This document shows, piece after piece, positions 33,474-42,582 of a stretch of 42,582 nt of DNA. The position numbers were made by a program, and so were the translations under genes. Source of the stretch: an uncultured Thermococci archaeon (GTDB lineage Archaea > Methanobacteriota_B > Thermococci > Thermococcales > Thermococcaceae); NCBI GenBank assembly GCA_964487115.1, contig CAZAPD010000035.1, forward strand, positions 1 through 42,582, written 5' to 3'. Below the pieces are notes generated by a model. The model worked only from the letters and a program-made list of their open reading frames with translations. It made no database searches and had not been told where the DNA came from. Position 1 is the first letter of the stretch. Each line of letters starts with the position of its first letter.

Positions 33474-34313
33474 TTATATCCCAAAGAAATCCACCAGAAG
33501 CTTTGTGTATTCTTCAGCTGCGCATAGATAGGGGAAATGGCCCTCATTTTTGAAGGTATAAACCCTTTTAAAGTTATACATTCCTTTTAATGTTTTCCTT
33601 AATTGGGGTGGGACCATCGGATCATTTTCGGACTCTATAAGCATTAGAGAAGCTTTGCATGAATGACAGCATGGCAAGAACTTCTCGATAACACATCTAT
33701 ACCTTGCGAGTAAATCGGCTTTGTTCATTTTTCTTTCGCACATTTCAAGGATATAGGCCCTGACAATTGGGGAATTTTGAGATGCTGGAACTACATTTTT
33801 GAGCATTCTCCTTTTTAATATCTGCATTACCACCGAATTTGGCAGTAAATGGACAAGTTTAATAAGCCACCGGTTCTCTTTCTCATAAAGGTCATTTGGA
33901 GGAAAAGTATTTCCAAAAACAGCTTTTTTTACAATATCTGGATAGAATGAGGTTAAATATTGGGCAAGATACCCTCCAAGAGAGGATCCTACCACAAATA
34001 CCTCTTCTATCTCTTCATTTTTCAAAATTTCAATTATACCCTCTGCCAGACCATGAAGAGACTTTACTGGCGGATAGGTGACGCTGACAGTTTGATAATC
34101 ATCTTTTAAACTTAATATCTGTTGCCACCATATATCATACGCTCCTCCCATACCATGTAAAAACAGGATTGTTCTATTACCCTCTCCCAAAACTAAGTAT
34201 TGCCACTTTACATTTTTGTGAGGGAGTATTTTTGTTGGTATCCTCCTAAATTCTAAAAGACTGTTTTTAATCTGATCATTGTAGGGATAATATTCCATAA
34301 AGCCTTTTTCCAT
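33474..34313 (-). CDS. Alpha/beta hydrolase, maspardin-like
   Basis: LHGMGG oxyanion motif, GSSLG nucleophile elbow, NDP acid and GHFPYL histidine. Confidence 0.88.
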   Translation of the reverse strand: MEKGFMEYYPYNDQIKNSLLEFRRIPTKILPHKNVKWQYLVLGEGNRTILFLHGMGGAYDIWWQQILSLKDDYQTVSVTYPPVKSLHGLAEGIIEILKNEEIEEVFVVGSSLGGYLAQYLTSFYPDIVKKAVFGNTFPPNDLYEKENRWLIKLVHLLPNSVVMQILKRRMLKNVVPASQNSPIVRAYILEMCERKMNKADLLARYRCVIEKFLPCCHSCKASLMLIESENDPMVPPQLRKTLKGMYNFKRVYTFKNEGHFPYLCAAEEYTKLLVDFFGI

Positions 34314-34380
34314 TGATATCACCTGTATGTGGGGATATTTTAATGATATAATAACTTTGCTGTTTTATTAGGTCATTGAA

Positions 34381-34398
34381 CCATAAAAGTTTTTAAGT
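34381..34398 (+). promoter_or_regulatory. BRE/TATA promoter of the fluoride operon
   Basis: CCATAAAAG-TTTTTAAG, placed so that transcription would begin at about the first base of the riboswitch. Confidence 0.6.
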
Positions 34399-34417
34399 GG
34401 CTTTTGTAGTGGTTAAT

Positions 34418-34476
34418 GGGCGATGGCGTCCGCCCAGGCTTCGAGCCAAACTGCCCAAAAGGGCTGATGACGCCTG
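34418..34476 (+). ncRNA. Fluoride (crcB-motif) riboswitch
   Basis: GGGCG-ATGGCGTC-CGCCC (P1 with GAUG), GGCT-TCG-AGCC hairpin, AAAC, GCCC-AAAA-GGGC, then TGATGACGCC. GGCGTC (34425-30) pairs with GACGCC (34469-74) as the pseudoknot. crcB lies downstream in the same operon. Confidence 0.93.
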
Positions 34477-34502
34477 TTCTACAACCTTTGGGAGGCGGTA
34501 GA

Positions 34503-35357
34503 ATGGGCTCGAAGCTTTATGAAATCGGAAAATATGTTAACGCTAATGCCGTTATCAAATACATTGGAGAGAGACGGCATGAGGATGGAGGTTACTGCTT
34601 TGTAACTCTCTTAGATGAGACTAACATAAATGATACATACTATGCGGTAAAGATCTATGACTTACTTGAACTGAAAATCCCGGAGAGAGAAAAAACTGCC
34701 CAGTTCCTCTTTAGTGCTGCAGGGAAGCAAACAGCAGTGGTAGCTGTTGCAATGGCAGTTGAGGGCATGGTTTTACTCGGGGCTAAAGATCTGGCAGAGA
34801 AAAAGCTTGATCTGCTATTTTCAAAGTACAATCCTCTTGAAGGGAGATTTGCTGTAGGACTCGGTGGGAGTGAAGAATTTGGAACATCAACACCGTTGGA
34901 AGCGACTTACTGGGTTTTAAGGGCGCTAAAGGCTTTGAACTACAGGATGGATTTGGAAATGAAGGGGAGGATAAGGGATTTCATCATGGAATTTAAAAAA
35001 GGAGATGGATTTGGAGTTAAGCAGCCAACGACAACGATGACATATCAGGCTATTTTTAGTCTTAATGCTCTTGGCTACGATGTTCCCAGAACACGGCATT
35101 TTGATGCATGTGAGGTCTATGGAGGCTTTACAGAGGTTCCTTATTCATTACCTCCATATTTAGAACCCACATTCTATGCCATCAGGGGATTAAGGCTTCT
35201 GGGAGATAGACCCAGATATATCAAAAGTCATATTAATTTTATCAGAGCCCTTCAAAATCCAAATGGAGGCTTTAGGAGAAGTCTTGAGATGGGTATCTCT
35301 AACTTCCAGAATACCTATAGAGCACTCAGGGCATTGGATGATCTTCTTGCCTTCTGA
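34503..35357 (+). CDS. Prenyltransferase/squalene-oxidase-repeat (alpha-alpha toroid) protein
   Basis: Repeats HEDGGY, EGRF, GDGFG, GGF and QNPNGGF, each followed by T(Y/F)xA helices. ATG 34503 follows GGAGGCGG. Confidence 0.85.
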   Translation: MGSKLYEIGKYVNANAVIKYIGERRHEDGGYCFVTLLDETNINDTYYAVKIYDLLELKIPEREKTAQFLFSAAGKQTAVVAVAMAVEGMVLLGAKDLAEKKLDLLFSKYNPLEGRFAVGLGGSEEFGTSTPLEATYWVLRALKALNYRMDLEMKGRIRDFIMEFKKGDGFGVKQPTTTMTYQAIFSLNALGYDVPRTRHFDACEVYGGFTEVPYSLPPYLEPTFYAIRGLRLLGDRPRYIKSHINFIRALQNPNGGFRRSLEMGISNFQNTYRALRALDDLLAF

Positions 35358-35377
35358 TTTTATTTTTGGTGATTAAA

Positions 35378-36079
35378 ATGGACCTGATTGGGATTTATCT
35401 GAAAGAAGCCCTTGAAAATTCGGGCTGTCCTGTGTGTAATCTCCTGAGAAAGTATGAGCGGAATGAGATAGGGACAATTCTCTATGAACATGTAAATAAT
35501 CCCTCTGTGAGAGAACAGTTTAAAGAAAGTTTGGGACTCTGTTCGTATCATGCTTGGAAATTAAAAGAGATAGCATACTCAGATCCTCTTTTAGGATCAC
35601 TCGGGGTTGCAGTTATTTATGACCATATGCTTTCTATTTACATAGAAAATTTAGAACAGAATCAGAAAATTAAAACCGGCAGATGCTTTCTGTGTGAAAG
35701 AATGGAAGAGAAAGAGAAGAGCATCATCTCAAGCTTGTCTAAGAGATTTGCGGAATTCATTGGGATTTACAGGGATTCTGAAGCCATATTATGCAAAAAA
35801 CATTACGAAATGCTATCAGCAGAGTTAAAAAAAGAAAATACTCCTTTATCAGAGGAACTAAGAAAAATACAGATTATGAAACTTAAGGAAATCAGAAGTA
35901 GAGTAGAAAGATTTATTGATAAATTCGATTATAGAGCAACAAAAGCTCCTACAAAAAAAGAGGCAGAAGCAGTTGTTCTTGCAATTGAGAGTTTGAAAGG
36001 CTTACCCTTACAGGTAAATTTCTGTGAGATTTCTAAAAAACCAAGCATTAGAGGTGTTATATTTGGAAATAGAACTTAG
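35378..36079 (+). CDS. DUF6062-like putative Zn-binding protein
   Basis: Two Cys/His modules: CPVC...CSYH and CFLC...CKKH. LYEHVNNP and FIDKFDYR motifs. Confidence 0.78.
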   Translation: MDLIGIYLKEALENSGCPVCNLLRKYERNEIGTILYEHVNNPSVREQFKESLGLCSYHAWKLKEIAYSDPLLGSLGVAVIYDHMLSIYIENLEQNQKIKTGRCFLCERMEEKEKSIISSLSKRFAEFIGIYRDSEAILCKKHYEMLSAELKKENTPLSEELRKIQIMKLKEIRSRVERFIDKFDYRATKAPTKKEAEAVVLAIESLKGLPLQVNFCEISKKPSIRGVIFGNRT

Positions 36080-36389
36080 GGTTAGTAAGGAAGAATTTAA
36101 ACGAATAAAACAAAGTAAAGAGGAAATTAAAAGGAGATTTTATAGGTTAGATGAATTGGAAAATACATTAAAAGCCCTCAGATTCCGATATCTTATTGAA
36201 CATCGAGAGAGACTCAAAAAGAAGCTTGATGAGATGAAACGCAATTATGAGGAGCTATTAGAATTTGAAAAAAAAGCTATGGACGATAAAGAGTTCCTTC
36301 TTAGAATACGACATCAGCTAAGTAAAGAAAATTGTGAATTTCGGCAACAACTTGAGGTGGGCACCTATGAAAATCGTGGTAAAACCTGA
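36063..36389 (+). CDS. Coiled-coil protein A (unknown function)
   Basis: TTG 36063 after GAGGTG; overlaps both neighbours; heptad-rich. Confidence 0.75.
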   Translation: MEIELRVSKEEFKRIKQSKEEIKRRFYRLDELENTLKALRFRYLIEHRERLKKKLDEMKRNYEELLEFEKKAMDDKEFLLRIRHQLSKENCEFRQQLEVGTYENRGKT

Positions 36390-36783
36390 AGTTGGATGGA
36401 GGAAAATAGTTTTCAAAATTCCGGATGATCATTTTGAAAAAATCAAAAGATTCGAGGAGAAATATGGATTCAGACTTGATAAAATTCTTAGAATAATAAT
36501 CCTTAGAGGATTTGTTGATTATAGGGGGGATGTAAACTTTCAGGAATTAGAAAAAGAGATTGAGTCCCTTGAACGAGAGCTATATGAATTGGAAGGCAAA
36601 TGGTCTCCACTGAAATTTAGAACATATTATCTTGCAATGGATAATCAAAATTTGGCTATCCAGATTTCAGGGCTAATTGCAGAAAATAAACGGCTTAGGA
36701 AAATCCTTGGAAAACCGGAAAGGGATTATTCTAAGATCGAGGAGTTAATACACTATTACATGGGGTTTGATAGTCGTGAATGA
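36367..36783 (+). CDS. Coiled-coil protein B with RHH-like N-terminus (unknown function)
   Basis: ATG 36367 after GAGGTGG. IVFKIPDDHFEKIKRFEEKYGFRLDKILRIII is RHH-like and is followed by a coiled coil. Confidence 0.8.
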   Translation: MKIVVKPEVGWRKIVFKIPDDHFEKIKRFEEKYGFRLDKILRIIILRGFVDYRGDVNFQELEKEIESLERELYELEGKWSPLKFRTYYLAMDNQNLAIQISGLIAENKRLRKILGKPERDYSKIEELIHYYMGFDSRE

Positions 36784-36976
36784 GCTGGAGGAAGTTGCTA
36801 AACTTCTCAAGTTGAGAGATGAATTAAAAAAAGAAGTAACATTAATGGAGAAAAAATATGAAGAGGTTCTTAGAGATCAGGAAATCCTTATGGCACTGTT
36901 GAAAAAGTTAAAAACCGAAAACAGACGGCTTCTGGAGGGGCAGAAGCATGGATATGGAGTATCTCAAAAAAGCTAA
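36776..36976 (+). CDS. Short coiled-coil protein A' (paralog of the C-terminal part of A)
   Basis: RDELKKEVTLMEKKYEEV..DQEIL..LKTEN aligns with A's RERLKKKLDEMKRNYEEL..DKEFL..LSKEN. Confidence 0.7.
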   Translation: MNELEEVAKLLKLRDELKKEVTLMEKKYEEVLRDQEILMALLKKLKTENRRLLEGQKHGYGVSQKS

Positions 36977-37209
36977 ACAGTTTCTCACTGAAAACAGAGA
37001 TGTGGAAGAATTAAGAAGAGAAATAATGGAGTTATCCTCAAAACAAGCTGCTCTAAATTATAAACTTTATGATGCATACATCACAAACAGAACTCTTGCA
37101 ATAAGAATTTATGGTTATCTAAGCGAGAATCTGCTTATGGGAGGGAATAGGCTTCCAGAGGATGCTAAAGAGATAGTTGACAAATATCTAATGGCGGGAA
37201 GGAAGAAAC

Positions 37210-37220
<11 letters not shown>
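36948..37220 (+). CDS. Short coiled-coil protein B' (paralog of the C-terminal part of B)
   Basis: GGAGG SD. ELSSKQAALNYKLY..NRTLAIRIYGYLSEN aligns with B's ELEGKWSPLKFRTY..NQNLAIQISGLIAEN. Confidence 0.75.
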
Positions 37221-37966
<746 letters not shown>

Positions 37967-38019
37967 GCTTTCCTAAAACATTATATAGGTACTTGAGGGA
38001 TTTCTGTCTGGTGATTAAT

Positions 38020-39234
38020 ATGCTCCATCATGTTAAGCTGATCCATGCCACGAAGAGTGGAAAGCTTCTCGGAAAAAAAATTGTTCTGGCTATACCCGGG
38101 AGTATAGCAGCAGTAGAGTGTGTTAAACTGGCCAGAGAGCTTATCAGACATGGTGCAGAGGTTTATGCTGTCATGAGTGAAAGCGCTCAGAAGATAATAC
38201 ATCCCTATGCAATGGAGTTTGCAACAGGAAATCCTGTCGTCACTGAAATTACAGGTTTTATTGAGCACGTTGAGTTGGCGGGAGAACATGAGAACAAGGC
38301 AGATCTAATTTTGGTGTGTCCTGCAACCGCTAACACAATTTCGAAGATAGCGTGTGGCATAGATGATACGCCAGTGACAACAGTTGTGACAACAGCTTTT
38401 GCACATACGCCGATAATGATAGCTCCTGCCATGCATTCAAGCATGTATAAACACCCAATAGTAAAGGAGAATATGGAAAAGCTCAGAAAACTTGGTGTGG
38501 AGTTCATAGGGCCGAAATTTGAGGAAGGCAAAGCAAAAGTTGCCGGCATTGACGAGATAGTTTACCACGTTATCAAAAAGCTCCACAAGAAGGATTTGAA
38601 AGATAAGCGAGTGTTAGTAACAGCAGGAGCCACAAGAGAATACATTGATCCAATAAGATTCATTACAAATAGGAGCTCTGGAAAAATGGGCGTTGCTCTG
38701 GCAGAGGAGGCTGAGTTCCGGGGTGCTGAAGTAACATTGGTTAGAACTAAAGGTAGCGTGCCGAGCTTTGTGGAGAATCAGATTGAAGTTGAGACCGTTG
38801 AAGAAATGTTGCATGCTATAGAAAATGAGCTTATGAATAGGAGATATGATGTCGTAATCCTTGCTGCTGCTGTCAGTGATTTTAAACCGAAAGAAAAGGC
38901 AGATAGGAAAATAAAGAGCACGCAGACCCTTACCCTTGAGCTGGTTCCGACGCCGAAGATAATCCAAAGAATAAAGGAAATCCGGCCAGACATCTTCTTA
39001 GTTGGATTTAAAGCAGAATATGGTGTTGATGAGGAAGAACTTATAGCCAGAGCAAGAAAACAGATAGAAAAAGCCGGGAGCGATATTGTAATTGCCAACA
39101 AAGGTGAAGTTGCCTTTGGCAGTGAGGAGAATGAGGTGTATCTTGTAACATTAAACTCGATACAAAAATACCCTCGGATGGAAAAACGTACTTTATCGGA
39201 GAAGATTTGGGATGAGATTGTGAGGGTTTTATAA
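38020..39234 (+). CDS. coaBC: Phosphopantothenoylcysteine decarboxylase/synthetase
   Basis: GSIAA, PATANTISK, APAMH, TAGATREYIDPIRFITNRSSGKMG and LVGFKAE motifs. Confidence 0.97.
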   Translation: MLHHVKLIHATKSGKLLGKKIVLAIPGSIAAVECVKLARELIRHGAEVYAVMSESAQKIIHPYAMEFATGNPVVTEITGFIEHVELAGEHENKADLILVCPATANTISKIACGIDDTPVTTVVTTAFAHTPIMIAPAMHSSMYKHPIVKENMEKLRKLGVEFIGPKFEEGKAKVAGIDEIVYHVIKKLHKKDLKDKRVLVTAGATREYIDPIRFITNRSSGKMGVALAEEAEFRGAEVTLVRTKGSVPSFVENQIEVETVEEMLHAIENELMNRRYDVVILAAAVSDFKPKEKADRKIKSTQTLTLELVPTPKIIQRIKEIRPDIFLVGFKAEYGVDEEELIARARKQIEKAGSDIVIANKGEVAFGSEENEVYLVTLNSIQKYPRMEKRTLSEKIWDEIVRVL

Positions 39235-39578
39235 TCCTGTGGGGAATGTTTAAGTACTTCCTCTAACTGTGAGGATAAAGCATTGTAACGGTGGAATTTT
39301 GGCTTTGGGATGTTAGAGGAGGAAGTTATATGGGGGAGTATTCTTATTTGCAGGAGAAAATGCTGGAGCTTGAGGGGCAGTTTCTTTGTTTTAGCAAGCC
39401 TCCAAACTACTTGGGGAAATCCTTCATAACCCTCAGAGGCGCTGGTACTGGATTAAGAGAATGTTGTCGAGTTGCGGAGACTTCGGAAGCCCGCGTATCT
39501 GTCCCAGGGTACTAAGCTTTCAGGAGGATAAGAGGTGGTTTTTTAAAGTTATTCCTGTTTTCAGTATTGGTGAGAGAA

Positions 39579-39869
39579 ATGGAAATTCGAGAATTTCAGG
39601 AAATGATCAGGGAGCTTTACTATAATAAAGACTCTAAAAGGGGAGTCGATAAAACCTTCCTGTGGTTTGTTGAAGAAGTGGGGGAGTTAGCAGAGGCCAT
39701 CAGGAAGAATGATAGGGATGCCACAGAAGAAGAGTTTGCAGATGTTCTGGCGTGGCTTTCCAGCTTAGCGAATCTTCTTGGGATAGACCTTGAAAAGGCC
39801 GCAAAAAAGAAATATCCGGGAGTTTGTCCTTACTGCGGTAAAAATCCCTGTGAGTGTGAGGAACATTAA
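39579..39869 (+). CDS. MazG-like nucleotide pyrophosphohydrolase
   Basis: EEVGELAEA and EEFADV motifs; C-terminal CPYCGKNPCEC. Confidence 0.9.
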   Translation: MEIREFQEMIRELYYNKDSKRGVDKTFLWFVEEVGELAEAIRKNDRDATEEEFADVLAWLSSLANLLGIDLEKAAKKKYPGVCPYCGKNPCECEEH

Positions 39870-39876
39870 ACATGGG

Positions 39877-40704
39877 TTAAATTTCCTTTGGCGGCACGAG
39901 AATCCCAAATTCCGTTATTACTCCTCTCACATATTTCCACGGCGTTACATCAAAAACATACCCTCTGATCAGGAGATGATTTCTTTTAAATTTTCTCTCT
40001 ACGATTTTGACTTCTTCTGCTTTTAGCTTGGGGTGGATTTTAAAACTTTCAGCCGCTACATAGAAGGGGATACCGCTGTCATAACATGCCAATGCAAGGA
40101 GATATGTCCCGCTTTTGTTGATGAGTGCCCCATCCCGGGTCATATTATCAGCTCCGACCAGAGCCATAGTTGCCCTCTTTGTAAATATTCCAATCTGGGC
40201 GTCAGTTATGATTTCAAAGGGAACTCCAAGTTTCTCAAGTTCCCTGGCCAGAGCAAGACCCTCATAATCGGGGGCACTTTCTGTGAGAATTACCCTGAAA
40301 CTTTTGCCTTTCATCTGTGCAAATTTAAAAATCTCAAGAACTGCAGATGAAAAGGAATGGGTTATTATAACTTCATTCTCGTCAATAAGCTCGCTCCCTA
40401 TGTTGCCAATCTCTCTCTTTGCCTCTTCACTGAGCTTTATGAACTCCTCAGCCTTCAATTTAACAAAATCCGGATTATCTGTCAGCGGTATAAAGCGTGT
40501 CAGGTTGTAGAGGGAGGCCATTGTTGGATTGACCATTATGATTTCACTTCGTAGTTCCTTCAGAGCATTTAAGAGCTCTTCCCCCTCCAGAAGTTCAGCT
40601 GCTTTTAAATATGCCTCAGCACCTCTTTCTGCCAGATAACTTGCTCCTCGAATCCGTTCAGCCTTCATTTCATCGATGATTGTCCTGACATCTTTTGGGA
40701 GCAT
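39877..40704 (-). CDS. eIF-2B alpha-like protein (IF-2B family)
   Basis: IRGAS, THSFSSAV, TESAP, VGAD, NKSGT and FDVTP motifs. Confidence 0.9.
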   Translation of the reverse strand: MLPKDVRTIIDEMKAERIRGASYLAERGAEAYLKAAELLEGEELLNALKELRSEIIMVNPTMASLYNLTRFIPLTDNPDFVKLKAEEFIKLSEEAKREIGNIGSELIDENEVIITHSFSSAVLEIFKFAQMKGKSFRVILTESAPDYEGLALARELEKLGVPFEIITDAQIGIFTKRATMALVGADNMTRDGALINKSGTYLLALACYDSGIPFYVAAESFKIHPKLKAEEVKIVERKFKRNHLLIRGYVFDVTPWKYVRGVITEFGILVPPKEI

Positions 40705-40708
40705 GGAA

Positions 40709-41467
40709 TCACCAGCCTTCTTCAAACTTTATTCCCTTTTCCTCCATGAATCTTTTAGCCTTTTCTATGATCTTCTCTTCTTCAGCGAAGATTATTATCC
40801 CTATATACTTTCCAAAACCTTTCGGAGAGGAGTGTATTCTGACATTGAATTTTCTGATGGTTTCGTTCAAAATGGGAGCAAGTTTTGATTCATCCGTAAT
40901 TTCCGCCAGAAGCTTCCTCTGGATAAATCTCTTCTTTCCAAGCTTTGGAAGTACTTCTCGTTCCAGCATTGCCTTCATCTCCCGCGGCATTCCGGGAAGA
41001 ACAAACAACTTTACCCCTTCATACTCAATGAATGCTCCAGCTGCTGCACCTTCGCTGTTTTCAAGAGGCTGGGCACCTTCAGGGAGGTATGCCATCTTTT
41101 TTCTGGCCTCGTTGAGTTCTGGGTCGTTTATGAGACCTCTCTTGTAGAGCTCATAGTAGAACTCTTCAATTTTCCTAAGGCACTCCTCATAGAGGATAAG
41201 TTCCCTGCCAAGAGCTTCTGCGACCGCTAACATTGTAACATCATCGTGGGTCGGCCCAAGACCACCTGAGATCACGAGAACTTCAGGTTTTCTTGAAAGG
41301 ATCTCTCTGATAGCCGTCTTTATTTCTTCTGTATCGTCTCCCACTGTGGTCTTCCTTCTTACCCAGTAGCCTCTCTCTGTTAGCTTTTGGGCAATATGGG
41401 TGGAGTTGCTGTCAACAGTGTTTCCAGTTAAGAGCTCATCCCCGATGGTAAGAATTTCGGCAAACAT
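40709..41467 (-). CDS. CinA N-terminal-like molybdopterin-binding domain protein
   Basis: IGDELLTG..DSNS, GGLGPTHDDVT and LPGMPREM motifs. Confidence 0.9.
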   Translation of the reverse strand: MFAEILTIGDELLTGNTVDSNSTHIAQKLTERGYWVRRKTTVGDDTEEIKTAIREILSRKPEVLVISGGLGPTHDDVTMLAVAEALGRELILYEECLRKIEEFYYELYKRGLINDPELNEARKKMAYLPEGAQPLENSEGAAAGAFIEYEGVKLFVLPGMPREMKAMLEREVLPKLGKKRFIQRKLLAEITDESKLAPILNETIRKFNVRIHSSPKGFGKYIGIIIFAEEEKIIEKAKRFMEEKGIKFEEGW

Positions 41468-41520
41468 GAGCATCACCACAGGTGTTTAGGTTATCATCTT
41501 TTTGGAGTTTTCTATTTTCA

Positions 41521-41537
41521 TAACACCTCCGGTGAAA
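41521..41537. promoter_or_regulatory. TGM-like (Tgr/TrmBL1) binding site upstream of the gap promoter
   Basis: TAACAC-N5-GTGAAA matches TATCAC-N5-GTGATA at 10 of 12 positions, just upstream of AAGGCTTAAGTA (BRE/TATA-like). Confidence 0.6.
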
Positions 41538-41583
41538 ACAAGGCTTAAGTATTTCACTTTTATAAAATATCCCGGTGAAGAAA

Positions 41584-42582
41584 ATGAAGGTTAGGGTGGG
41601 AATCAACGGCTACGGCACCATCGGAAAGAGAGTAGCTTATGCTGTAACAAAACAGGACGACATGAAGCTAATCGGAGTTACCAAGACAAAACCTGACTTC
41701 GAGGCTCACCGTGCTAAGGAGCTCGGGATTGCGGTTTATGCTGCGGCTGAGGATTTTCTGCCGCGCTTTGAAAAGGCCGGTTTTGAAGTCGCCGGAACGC
41801 TCAGCGATCTTCTCGAAAAGGTCGACGTCATAGTCGATGCCACCCCCGGCGGTATGGGAGCAAAGAACAAGGCGGTTTATGAAAAGGCCGGCGTCAAGGC
41901 CATATTCCAAGGCGGAGAGAAGGCAAGCGTTGCTGAGGTTTCCTTCGTGGCCCAAGCCAACTACGAGAAGGCTTTAGGAAAAGACTACGTTAGAGTTGTC
42001 TCCTGCAACACGACTGGATTGACCAGAACCCTCTCAGCCATTCGGGAGTACATAGACTACGTCTACGCTGTGATGATCCGCCGTGCAGCTGATCCAAGTG
42101 ACACCAAACGAGGGCCCATAAACGCGATAACGCCGAGCGTCACCGTTCCCTCGCACCACGGGCCGGATGTCCAGACCGTAATTCCGATAAACATCGAGAC
42201 GAGTGCCTTCGTCGTTCCAACCACGCTCATGCACGTTCACAGCATAATGGTCGAGCTGAAGAAGCCGGTGGAGGCGAAGGACGTCATAGGCATTTTTGAG
42301 AGCACCACGCGCGTTCTGCTCTTCGAGAAGGAGAAGGGCTTCGACAGCACTGCCCAGCTCATAGAGTTCGCCCGCGACCTGCACAGGGAGTGGAACAACC
42401 TCTATGAGATTGCAGTCTGGAAGGAAAGCATAAGCGTCCGCGGAAACAGGCTCTTCTACATTCAGGCCGTTCATCAGGAGAGCGACGTGGTGCCTGAGAA
42501 CATCGACGCCATAAGGGCCATGTTCGAGCTGGCGGACAAGTGGAAGAGCATAAAGAAGACGAACGAGAGCCTGAGGATTTTG
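41584..42582 (+). CDS. gap: Glyceraldehyde-3-phosphate dehydrogenase (phosphorylating, archaeal type); stop lies beyond the window
   Basis: Not in the ORF track. Manual translation gives [18 protein letters not shown]...VVSCNTTGL...[13 protein letters not shown], open to the window end. Confidence 0.97.
   Translation, partial: MKVRVGINGYGTIGKRVAYAVTKQDDMKLIGVTKTKPDFEAHRAKELGIAVYAAAEDFLPRFEKAGFEVAGTLSDLLEKVDVIVDATPGGMGAKNKAVYEKAGVKAIFQGGEKASVAEVSFVAQANYEKALGKDYVRVVSCNTTGLTRTLSAIREYIDYVYAVMIRRAADPSDTKRGPINAITPSVTVPSHHGPDVQTVIPINIETSAFVVPTTLMHVHSIMVELKKPVEAKDVIGIFESTTRVLLFEKEKGFDSTAQLIEFARDLHREWNNLYEIAVWKESISVRGNRLFYIQAVHQESDVVPENIDAIRAMFELADKWKSIKKTNESLRIL

Noticed and set aside
34416..34502. 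29-aa N-terminal extension of the prenyltransferase-repeat ORF
   Set aside because: It overlaps the riboswitch aptamer. The strong SD precedes ATG 34503.
39390..39515. Faint resemblance to IS200/IS605-associated structured RNA ends
   Set aside because: Only short word matches, with no tnpA, tnpB or iscB remnant nearby.
41668..42474. Minus-strand ORFs of 95 and 146 aa
   Set aside because: Antisense shadows of the GC-rich gap gene, which the ORF track missed because its stop lies outside the window.

Overview
Chromosomal window from a Thermococcales archaeon (Thermococcus-like gene content: rps8e, pyrG, truD, pth2, aspS, hps-phi fusion, trmBL2, reverse gyrase, ADP-forming acetyl-CoA synthetase beta, pyk, coaBC, gap). 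Most of it is core genome. Three accessory stretches stand out. (1) A fluoride (crcB-class) riboswitch at 34418-34476 heads a tightly packed 8-gene operon: prenyltransferase-repeat protein, DUF6062-like Zn protein, a duplicated pair of coiled-coil genes (A-B-A'-B'), Fluc/CrcB and DUF190. This is the best candidate for an undescribed system. (2) A 2.1-kb decayed integrative element sits in tRNA-Val(GAC), bounded by a perfect 47-bp att repeat. Its SSV-type split integrase has an N-fragment resembling a ribbon-helix-helix repressor, with a palindrome just upstream. (3) The left end holds a compositionally chimeric lipoprotein gene and a truncated pentapeptide-repeat gene. Also seen: an FtsZ paralog lacking the tubulin signature, a maspardin-like hydrolase with an intact triad, a bcp peroxiredoxin pseudogene, a TGM-like operator upstream of gap, and GC-rich tracts in core genes. 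Family assignments come from motif recognition by eye; no database search was run.
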